NCBI RefSeq assembly: GCF_006345805.1
Contig: NC_043007.1
Location: 38,936,001-39,000,000 of the forward strand
Origin: Octopus sinensis
Lineage: Eukaryota
Reading direction: 5' to 3'
Length of the DNA: 64,000 bases
Every line of letters starts with the position of its first letter. The stretch's first letter is position 1. Both the position numbers and the translations under genes were made by a program. Under the pieces are notes generated by a model. That model was not told the DNA's origin. It saw only the letters and a program-made list of their open reading frames with translations, and did no database searches. Below are positions 39,806 through 50,767 of the stretch, piece after piece.

Positions 39806-39936
39806 CAGGGTGTCCCAAAAAAATGTATACACATAGTGGTTCGGCAAAAGAGAACGATAGAATAAGTACTAGGCTTACAAAGAATAACAAATTTACAATT
39901 ATTTAAGGTGTGTATACATTTTTTTGGGATACCCTG
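39806..39936. mobile_element. 131-bp Tc1/mariner-type MITE
   Basis: TA-CAGGGTGTCCCAAAAAAATGTATACAC ... GTGTATACATTTTTTTGGGATACCCTG-TA. Confidence 0.88.
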
Positions 39937-40258
39937 TATATACATATGCATACGCAGACACACACACACAAATATAAGTGTTAAGACTGGTCTCTCTGGT
40001 GGTATAAAGCACTTGTGACAGCACCATGTAAAGGCTCCTATGTGGTGCCACTTAAAGCCACCCAGCACACTCTGCAAAGTGGTTGGCATTAGGAAGGGCA
40101 TCTAGCAGTAGCAACAATGCCAAATCAGACTGGAGTCTGGTGCAGCTCCCCAGCTTGCCAGCTCTGGTCCAACCATCCAACCCATGTGATCATGGATAAC
40201 GAGCGTTAAATGATGATGGTGATGATGATGTACATATCTATCCATCCATCCATCCATC

Positions 40259-40289
<31 letters not shown>

Positions 40290-40300
40290 CTATCTCTCTA

Positions 40301-40376
<76 letters not shown>

Positions 40377-41164
40377 CACACACACATGTGTTTGTGTATG
40401 TATATGTGTGTATGTGTGAGTATATGTGCTTTGTGTGTGTGAAAATGCATGTATCTATACCACACAAAGTATTTAATTCAAAAAGATTACAAAAAATGTT
40501 AAATAATATATTGAAATTAGTTTTAAATTTCGAAAAAAATTATTTTTAATTTAGGCACACACCTATCAATTTTGCAGGGATAGGACTAATCAATACTGTT
40601 TATCTGGTACTTTATCTTATCGACCCCGAAAGGCTTGCAAAGGGGTTGGAAGACCATCAAGAAGAGGCTGGAAGATCTGCAAAAAAGTAACTGGAAATCC
40701 CATGCAAAGAGTCTGGATATTTCTCATGAACAGATTAGATGTCCCTGAAGTACCGAAATGGTAAAACTGCTGCTCAGAACCCTGCTCAGTTCTGCGCTGG
40801 ATTAGATCACCTTTTTTCATGCTACCTAACCTTATTGGACACTATTATTGGTAACACTGAGGATAAGTCGATTTTATTTGTTTTTGCTTCTGCTCTGATT
40901 ATACTTGACTTATGCCTAGTGATGGTAGGGTAACAGCACCAGCAGCAGGTGTAGCAATGTCAACAGCCATGGTCTTCGCCTTTTGTTTTTTTTTAAAGTT
41001 CTTGGTCTCTTCTTCTGTGCAGAAGTCATTCAAAGGTCTTTTGCTTCCACATATGCAACAACTGGGCCTTCTACATCACATCACCTGTTTGACTGACCTC
41101 CTCTTTACTACCCTCAGTGCTGTATAATTCCTTGTTAGCCCGGTGATCTTTTGAGTTATCCCAT

Positions 41165-41500
41165 TTATGGTGACCTCATCCAATTATACCTTGACTCCTA
41201 TCTGGCTATATGTTGATCCATACTGATCACATGTTAAACCCCTTCTCATCACATTTACTCCCCTTGGCCACAGGTTGACCTCATCTGGCCACATGGTAAC
41301 TTCACTTGATCACATGCTGACCCTATCTGACCATATGTTGACTAACCCCTCTAGCTATTTGTTGATCCCTTCTAACCTCATGTTGATCCTGCTTGATCAC
41401 ATGTGGATCCCTTCCTGAGCACAGACTGATCCCTTCTTACTACAGGTTGACACCACTTGATAAATTGTTGACCTCCACCTAACAATATGTTGATCCCTTA
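41165..41500. repeat. Degenerate ~21-22-bp minisatellite (consensus like ctgaccacatgttgacccctt)
   Basis: Recurrent catgttgacc/gatcc motifs at ~21-bp spacing; similar sequence resumes at ~42050-42110 after the MITE. Confidence 0.65.
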
Positions 41501-41504
41501 AATA

Positions 41505-41943
41505 CAGGGTGGGTCAGAAGTCATGCACACTATAAGTTTGATATGCTCCAGAATTATCCAAGACACGCATCAATTTTTAAAAAATTGAACTAAACAAATA
41601 GAATAATGATGAAACACATACTTGCATATAATGAACAAGATTAATAATAATAACCTTTTTTTATTTATGTGCCCTTTTCAAGCCTAGCCAGGCTCATGGG
41701 CCCGATTTCCCGGTTTCTATGATGTATGTGTTCCCCCAGTTGGACTCGAGAAACAGGAAGAAAGTGTGAGAGAAAGTTGTGGCGAAAGAGTACAAGAGAG
41801 GTCGCCCCCCCCCTGCTGGAGTCTCGTGGAACTTTAGGTGTTTTCGCTCAATAAACATACACAACGCCTGGTCTGGGAATCAAAGCTGCGATCCTCCGAC
41901 CGCGAGTACGCTGCCCTAACCACTGGGCCATTGCGCCTCTTCC

Positions 41944-41988
<45 letters not shown>

Positions 41989-42045
41989 TAGCATAATATA
42001 AATACAATGTCAAATATTTTGGTGCGTGACTTTTGACCCACCTTG
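41505..42045. mobile_element. Tc1/mariner-type MITE carrying a nested SINE
   Basis: TA-CAGGGTGGGTCAGAAGTCATGCAC versus reverse complement TA-CAAGGTGGGTCAAAAGTCACGCAC. Minus-strand tRNA-headed SINE at ~41680-41940 next to (AAT)n. Confidence 0.85.
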
Positions 42046-42409
42046 TATATGATGACCCCAAACCCCCCACCCTGACCAGAAGGTGATCACCTTCGGACTA
42101 CATGGTATGTACCACAAGGCCCAGTGGGTAACATATTGTCTTGACTTGCAAGTTTGCCATATTTGCTGGCAAGTCTAGTGGGGATTACTGACTTAGAAGA
42201 ACTGTACTTTTTGCCTGCAGCAAACCAAGTATCATATTGCTCCCCCGTGTTACAGAAGTGTCACTCTCCGGAAAATCTTGATGTAATATTGATGTTCCTT
42301 CACATGAAATCTATTTTCCCATTGGATTTCTGTTTCATGAAATCAACGAGATAATACAGAGTGACCCAAAAGTAGGTTTACATATTCAACTATCTCTTTC
42401 GCATTCATA

Positions 42410-42580
42410 TATCACTTGATCACTTTGACCGACCAGTCTGTCAGGCGTCCATTTGACACCACTGGTCACAGCACGCTGTCCACTCCTCTCTGGATCGCGC
42501 CTATCTCATCCACGTGATCCCAATCGTCCTCTTGAATCGTCACTCCACCGTCGTGGAGGTCTTCTGGGTGGTCTTTCGCA
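42410..42580 (-). mobile_element. RTE LINE 3'-end fragment
   Basis: RPPRRPPRRWSDD...W...ARSREEW, the RTE C-terminal RxxGRPxxRWxD...DRxxW motif, with frameshift. Confidence 0.7.
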
Positions 42581-43895
42581 TTAATATATTAACAGTTTAA
42601 ATCTTAATTATAAAAAAATATGAAACCATTATTCTATGCTAGTCAATTTTGTCAAGCTCCCTTTTCAGTTTGTAAGATAGAAATTTAAATGTAAAAAAAT
42701 GTTTTAAAAATCTAAAGTGCCTACGTGATAACTGTTTGGAGGCACGTGGCTTAGTGGTTAGGGTGATCATAAGGTTGTGGTTTCGATTCCTGGACCGGGC
42801 GGCGCATTGTGTTCTTGAGCAAAACACTTCATTTCACGTTGCCCCAGTTCACTCAGCTGACAAAAATGAGTGAAGCTGCGATGGACTGGCGTCCCGTCCA
42901 GCTGGGGAACACATACGCCATTGAAACCGGAAAACCGGGTCCATGAGCCTGGCTAGGCTTTAAAAAGGGCGCATTTGTGGAGTCGCAATGGCAGCGGATT
43001 CTCGGCAGGAGGATCGTGGTTTCGATTCCCAAATCGGGTGTTGTGTGTGTTTATTGAGCGAAAACACCTAAAGCTCCACGAGGCTCTAGTAGGGGGTGGT
43101 GACGACCCCTGTTGTACTCTTTCGCCACAACTTTCTCTCACTCTCTCTTCCCGTTTCTTGAGTAACGCTGCGATTGACTGGTGTCCCGTCCAGCTGGGGG
43201 GAACACACACACGCCACAGAAACCGGGAAACCGGGCCCATGAGCCTGACTAGGCTTGAAAAGGGCGACGTTTATCGTTTTTTTACGTGATAACTGTAAAC
43301 CTACTCTTGGGCCTACCTGAACATTTTGTTTTATGGAATTCCTCAAGATTTTTCAGGAGAGCAACGCTTCTGTGACATGGTGCTGTTGGTGGAAGGATGC
43401 TTGTAGTTTCTTTCACACTTATACTGACAATCTCTGTGTCTCTGAAAATGTTATGGTGACTGTTCTTTCCTTTTTGATAAAGTCATATTTACATATCAGT
43501 CTATTGCTGTTATTTAGCCTTAGCTCAGCCTGATCAAGCAGACCTACTCTACTCTGCTATCAAAGGTATTCCGGCCATGACCATTCAGTCTTTTTCCTAT
43601 ATACAAGGAACCCAGGCCCCCGTTATCAAACGTATAATTTTCTAAGACAGTAAGGTGTCGGTGGTGGTGGGATATTTTGAAGGAGCTCTGGCTAGTACAT
43701 CTAACCAGTCAAGCAACTCCACACTGCCCCCTCCCACGCACATTTGCTGTGAGCTGATTTAATAAACGGTGATGGTCATCTAAAATCTTATCAATGTTTT
43801 ACAAGATTGTGGTTTGTTGTTCATGATTAGATTGTTTTGAAACGTTCATGTCTATGCAATATATATTATCAATGATAGCTGGCTGTAATGTATGT

Positions 43896-43943
<48 letters not shown>

Positions 43944-43944
43944 G

Positions 43945-43983
<39 letters not shown>

Positions 43984-45975
43984 CACTAATTTGGTATAAT
44001 TAACACTAATTAGGTATAATGTATGCTGTGTTCTATTTAATGAATTCTTGTGATAGCATGTTTATCCCTTTTATTACGAAATAAATAGCAATTTATTATT
44101 ATTATTTTATTTGTTTCAGTCAGTGGACTACGGCCATGCTGGGGCCCCGCTTAGAAGAGTTTAGTCAATCAAATTGATCCCCACTACTTTTTCTTAAGTC
44201 TGATATTTATTCTCTCGTTCTCTTATACGGAAATGCTAAGTGACTAAATTACAAGGATGTAAACAAACAAACACTGGCTGTCAAGTGGTGGTGGGACGAA
44301 CACAGATGTGCACGCGCGCATACATACACACATACACACACACATACACACACATTAGCGACAGAAAAAGTGTTATTTTAAAATAGCATTCTGTACATCA
44401 TATTGTAACAGATATACTGTACAAAGACTCGAACCTGCGATTTTTGTCTTAAGAAAGCATCTCGTTGAGATGTGTGGTTCAAAAACCACTGAAATTTATC
44501 TGTAGCAGACGAAAAGTGTGTAGCAACATTATTGAAATTGCTAAAAACGTATTTCTGCTTTCTTGAGCGTCGTCAACTAGCAAGCATCCACTCGCAACTG
44601 CATGCTAAAAACAAATCTAGTTTTCAATGATATAAGAAAACAATGATTACTGATAAATCACTGATGTCGCTATTAGTCAGCAAGCTGAATAAAAATTCGT
44701 AATTAGCGACGAAAGTAGTATTAGTTTGTCTTTACGAGCTGTTTTCTCGAGACGAATACCGCGTACAGCAATTACAAGAACGGATAGGCGCAGGAGTGGC
44801 TGTGTGGTAAGTAGCTTGTTTACCAACCACATGGTTCCGGGTTCAGTCCCACTGCGTGGCACCTTGGGCAAGTGTCTTCTACTATAGCCTCGGGCCGACC
44901 AAAGCCTTGTGAGTGGATTTGGTAGACGGAAACTGAAAGAAGCCCGTCGTATATATGTATATATATATATGTATGTGTGTGTGTTTGTGTGTCTGTGTTT
45001 GTCCCCTAGCATTGCTTGACAACCGATGCTGGTGAGTTTATGTCCCCGTTACTTAGCGGTTCGGCAAAAGAGACCGATAGAATAAGTACTGGGCTTACAA
45101 AAGAATAAGTTCCGGGGTCGAGTGGCTCGATTAAAGGCGGTGCTCCAGCATGGCCGCAGTCAAATGACTGAAACAAGTAAAAGAGTAAAAGAGGATAAAC
45201 AAGAAGAATATTATCTATTAAACAAGAAATGAGAAGGGAAATTACAAACGTTAGAATAATACTTATTACTTGGTTTAGTTTACCGTAGTTTACTTTGTGA
45301 AGAAGCTCAATCAAATTAAAAGATTATACAATGGTGTCCAATAACTTGAAGACACTAATATATAATCTACTTTCAGAAAATAATGGCAGAATAGAAAGGC
45401 TTTTAGATGTCAAAGAAATGTCTTCCAATTAATTAGTCTTGCAAGAAATGTAGGAGAGACTCTATTAATTACCTCCGTTAATATACATACATATTATGCA
45501 AGTATGTATGTATGTATGTATGTATGTATGTATGTATGTATGTATGTATGTATGTATGTATGTATGTATGTATGTATGTATGTCATTATTCAGTTTATTT
45601 GAAGATTTCTTGCCAATAGAGAAATAACCGGTTTCTAACCTAGATCCAAGGCTCCTTCATTGGAATTTCAACATCAATACAGGGTATATTTGTATGTATG
45701 TATGTATGTATGTATGTATGTATGTATGCATGTATGTATGTATGTATGTACGTGCAGATTTGTATGTTTTATGTATGTATTCTCATGCATATAGTTGCAT
45801 ATCTAGACATGCTCATATATATTTAAATGATAAACTTCAGGAAAGTTTTACAGATTTATACCGTTCCAGTGATGGACTGGATCAGTAGTCTTCGAATTAG
45901 CTTTCTCCTTTCTGGTTTCGAGAAGTCTAATTTCTCAAGATTGGTATCTCTTTTGTGTGTGTGTGTGTGTTTGTA

Positions 45976-46029
<54 letters not shown>

Positions 46030-46154
46030 ATTGTATAGGGTACAATTACACTTAAGGGCGCAGAAGCTATCGTGTCTGTATGCTGAAAGAGGACGCATGA
46101 ATTCGTCCCACCACTTTAAATGTTCACTCCACGTATCCACTCAAGTTGAAAGCG

Positions 46155-46316
46155 GGGAAGTAAACTGACTAAAAATTCATAAAGTAATTCAGTTAGTTTT
46201 GGATTGATCAATTTCTGGATTAGTATATTAACTCTAATCCAGCAAAAATGATCCAGAAATTTATCAATCCAAAACTAACTGAATTATTTTACAAATTTTT
46301 AGTCAGTCTACTTTCC
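46155..46316. repeat. Hairpin, ~60-65-bp arms with ~30-bp spacer
   Basis: gtaaactgactaaaaatt...atttctggat pairs with atccagaaat...tttttagtcagtctac. Confidence 0.8.
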
Positions 46317-46584
46317 TACATTTGCTCTACATAGACATATAACTTTTTTGAATCTGAATAATCCCGGGATTCAAAACCTGACCTTCATTTGGTTCTTGAA
46401 CATCCAGCGTTGGGATCTGATTTAAAAGCATTTGGGTTGCTATTTCTAGCAGGTTATACTTGACTGATTCACGCCATTTTGGTGGCGGTTGTCAGAGATT
46501 AAGGGAGAGATAACTGACATTCGCTTCGTTGAGATAAGAACTCTGGGACAAATTGGCCAACAGTTGGAATTCAACTCGGGACTG

Positions 46585-46994
46585 GGATCTTTTCGGTTTG
46601 AACGGCAGTTTTTAACATAATTTCTAGGTAACTAAAAATTTAAAACTTCGTATACTGGTAGGATGTGTTTATAAAACATCTTTTTCTCTTGGCTTTATTG
46701 AGAAAATTCTATAGTTTGTAAGATATTTGTTGTTTTTTTTCTTCAATTTCAGCAATTTCAACCAATCAATGACGTTCATTGAAGTAAACAACATTCTGTG
46801 CTGTATGAATATGTCCATCCTTTAAGAAACAGATTGGGTTTATTTACATTTGTGAAGAAAAAAAGATAGCCTTCCTCCCACCCCTAACCCTAAAACAGAT
46901 TGAAATGCAATAGATCGATACTAGGGTCATAATTATGGGTGACAATTTCATATGACACCGCTAGAAAAAACTGCCGTTCAAACCGAAATGATCC
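46585..46994. mobile_element. 410-bp MITE with 29-bp TIRs and perfect 8-bp TSD (Merlin- or hAT-like)
   Basis: CGGGACTG-GGATCTTTTCGGTTTGAACGGCAGTTTTT ... AAAAACTGCCGTTCAAACCGAAATGATCC-CGGGACTG. Confidence 0.9.
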
Positions 46995-47957
46995 CGGGAC
47001 TGGAATAATAGAATGATTGCATTGCAGAATTAATTCTCATCCGTTTTTAACCTCTGATCAAACGCAACCGGGACATTTAGTCATTATAGACGTATTATAG
47101 TCATGCTATTTAGCGTTCTTTAGTTTTGGGTCACAGGTCCAATTAGCCCTCTGCAGGAGTTAGCATAAAAGTTCGCACGGAGTGCGGCTTTTAAACTAGT
47201 TTTAAACACATGTGAAATAAAATCGATGCATTAATAAATAAAAAATATCTCATTTAAATTAAACTCTATCGAAATATGATTACATGCAACTACATAATGA
47301 AATATGAATAAAATTATGGAACAAAGATAAATATGCTAAAATTTACGAATAGAACCCACAAATTAACATACATACATACATACATACATATACATACACA
47401 ATATACACTCATAGTCTGCTTAAGTATACATGAAGTTTGTACTCGAATAAGACATAAATGCAGCAGAATGCTAGAATCTAAAAGTACATGTAAATAATCG
47501 TATGCGTACGTACACATACAATCATACATGCATGCATATATATAACGGGAAGCTTTATGAAAATAAACAAAAGACGAAAGCAGGTGGAATACAAACAAAC
47601 AATTGTATTTGTATGGCGTTCAGGAATATAAATAAAACAAGTCTTTTACGTTTCGAGCCTACGCTCTTCAACAGAAAGATACACAGAAAAGAAACACAGA
47701 GAGAAAAAAAATGCGTGCAGAGGCTAGCGAATCAACATGGCGATCTGATTTCGGCCAGAAGTCAAAGATCAAACGTGAGACGCAAGAGCGAAATTAGGGG
47801 AGATAACAGGGTTAAATGACCTCGCCCCAACATAAGTGTGTGTGTGTATGAGAGAGTATGTAGTGCGTATGAGAGGTCTGGACGTGTGTATGTATATATG
47901 ATGTGATGTGTAAAGTCGTGCAATGCATACAAGCGTGCGTACACACATATGCTCACT

Positions 47958-48073
<116 letters not shown>

Positions 48074-48559
48074 TATCTGTACTCATTTGTGTGTGTATAA
48101 AAGATATAGTTGAAGGGACATACAACGTGAGAAAATAATGCATTAGTATATAAATAATTATATGTAGGATAGAAATCACAGACAGAGGTAAGATTAAATG
48201 CAAACCAAGTGCACGTGCGGTAAGTTAATAGCAAGACAATGCAGGATTAACAAGATCTATAAAGGATTCGTATACATATACATATAAACAAAGAAAAACG
48301 TAAAAAACACAGATTGGAGCAAAAATCAAAGGCTGGCAAAAGTGTTGGGAATTAATTATTTACACTCTACTCCAGATAAATTACAATATAATGTTTTCTA
48401 TTTGTGTATCTAATGAATCAGATATTGTTAAAAGGCCATAGATAGTGGTAGCAAAAGAACATACTATTTGTTGAAGTAATCCCAATTTGTGAATTGTTAA
48501 ACTACTTAGACAGTAGATCAATGGGATTATAGTATTATATTACCTATTGTGGAGAGTAA

Positions 48560-49900
48560 ATGGCCTGAACTTCTAACAGGCTTGACTATTTTATGTTCGC
48601 AACAAGTAATTCTATGTGAGTGTCTGTTTCTAGAGCAAGCTTTAGTAAAATTAATTTCAAAGCTTTCAGTTATACAGTTGTTGCAATGTCATTTGGTTTT
48701 AGAATATGATTTTGCTTTAAAAGGCATGATCAATTGTTATTTCTTTAGAGTGGAATTCGAAACTTGTGTATAGTGACTGAAGCAGAGATTTAATGAATTA
48801 GAGGCGAATCTAATGTCTACTTTATATAAGTTATTGTTTCGCACCATACATTGGGATACTACATCGTTAGCAAGGCAATTGGAATTGACGGGTTAATAAT
48901 TAAGATTGATGAAAATGTTGGTTTAGTTTGTATTTGAGCAAATCTAGGTGTTGTAAAATACGACACTGTAGCAGTGCTTTTATTGATAAATTTATTGTAA
49001 TTGTGCTGTGGTGGGAAGTGTTTCTTAAGTAATTTGAAGAAAATTTTAGCAAGAGAAAAAGCTATCTACATTAAACGACGGGTTGAACTAGTTGTATATT
49101 TTCAAATTTGTATGGTTTACAGTTCGCGTGAGTTATTCAATGCACATAGCTTATTCATTGAAACCACTTCTTACATTTATTCGTTGTAATATAAGGTTGA
49201 ACCACCGAAATTTTGTTTATTTGTTGGAGAATTAGAAGGTTCAAGGGCAATATGCTTAGCCATATTCTTAATATTCTTAATGTGTTTTCATTATTTATGA
49301 ATATAAATTAAAGTTTCATTATGTTTACGATATGGGTAGTACAAAGATTTGGTTAGGTTAAAAGTAACGACTAGCAAGTTAGCTATAAGATTAGTTTTAA
49401 GTTATAAGATTAGTTTGGTGACTAATAGCTTAAAAGTTTTGAAGAAGAGATGTATCGATCAGCTACAAGTTACAACTAAAGATAGACAACTGGGCCATCA
49501 TCTCGGTGCAAACCTCCTTCAATATGGGTGAAGTCAGTTTTAAGTTAGAAAGAATGATCGTTCGAGGTTGTATCGAAGAATGTACTGAGCTGCTTTGTCT
49601 AAAAAAGAATTTTTGTAGTCTACCATAACTTTATTCACATGGGGAATACTGTCTATTTATAAATCGATGAAGTTACTAATGGATTTGAGGAAATAAAGGG
49701 CATTAAGAAACAGTGAGTTTGTGGTAGAAGAAATTTATTCTTAATATCTAATAGAAAAATTTCGTACTACGATTATGTGGTAGAGATCTGAACCATTCCT
49801 TAAGAGCAAAGGTATTATTCCATGATTTATTAATTCCATTAATTTTGCTATATTATAAGCCGAAAAAACTTAGAAAAACTTGCAACGTTTTTTTAGAAAA
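48560..49900 (-). mobile_element. Heavily decayed Penelope-like retroelement (RT + linker + GIY-YIG)
   Basis: Minus-strand peptides across frameshifts: FLLDIKN(F) (RT motif), GGLHRDDG (YxDD-equivalent, ~49495-49515), FNPSFN, FFKLLKKHFPPQHNYNKFINKSTATVSY (linker), PVNSNCLANDVVSQC and CNNCITESFEI...CCEHK (GIY-YIG region). Confidence 0.8.
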
Positions 49901-50767
49901 TTTTGAACTTTCTATCATATAATAATTTGCAAGACGTTACTCTCAACTTAACCAAACCATTGTTATTCTTATCGCAAACTTGATATAACTGTTTTTAAAA
50001 AACTAACCGTTCAAAAATATTTTTATCAATCTGATGAAAATTATTTAAAAATTTTCTAATAGGTGCAGGAGTGGCTGTGTGGTAAGTAGCTTGCTTGCCA
50101 ACCACATGGTTCCGGGTTCAGTCCTGTTGCGTGGCACCTTGGGCAAGTGTCTTCTACTATAGCCTCGGGCCAACCAAAGCCTTGTAAGCGGCCTTGGTAG
50201 AAGGAAACTGAAAGAAGCTCGTCTTATATATATATGTGTGTGTGTGCCTTTGTGTCTGTGTTTGTACCCCCAACGTTGCTTGACAACCGATACTGGTGTG
50301 TTTACGCCCCCGTAACTTAACGGTTCGGCAAAAGCACACGGATAGAATAAGTACTAGGCTTACAAAGAATAAGTCCTAGAGTCTATTTGCTTGACTAAAG
50401 GTGGTGCTTCAGCATGGCCGCAGTCGAATGACTGAAACAAGTAAAAGAATAAAAGAAAAATATTTGAGCCAATAAGCAAAATTTTCACCGATTCGTCCTT
50501 GTAATTCAATGAAGTCCTCTCTCGAAATGGTTTCAATGAGAAAATTAAGAACAATGTAGCTTTCACATAAAGTGTTAGTCACAGAATTAAATTGATACAA
50601 CCCTTCCTTTAATTTTACGGTTGCTACCTCCCAATATCTAAAATTTTCGTCGAGTCATTGCAGAAACATTTGCCGTCACAACACAACTACTTCAATAAAA
50701 ACACCATCAAAATATCTTATTCACTAAACCTAAATATGCTTAATCACACGCCTCATTTTATCTTTCT

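Noticed and set aside
43343-43405. Plus-strand peptide GEQRFCDMVLLVEG resembling a BTB domain start
   Set aside because: Stop codon two residues later and no continuation of BTB motifs; it overlaps a better minus-strand exon candidate.
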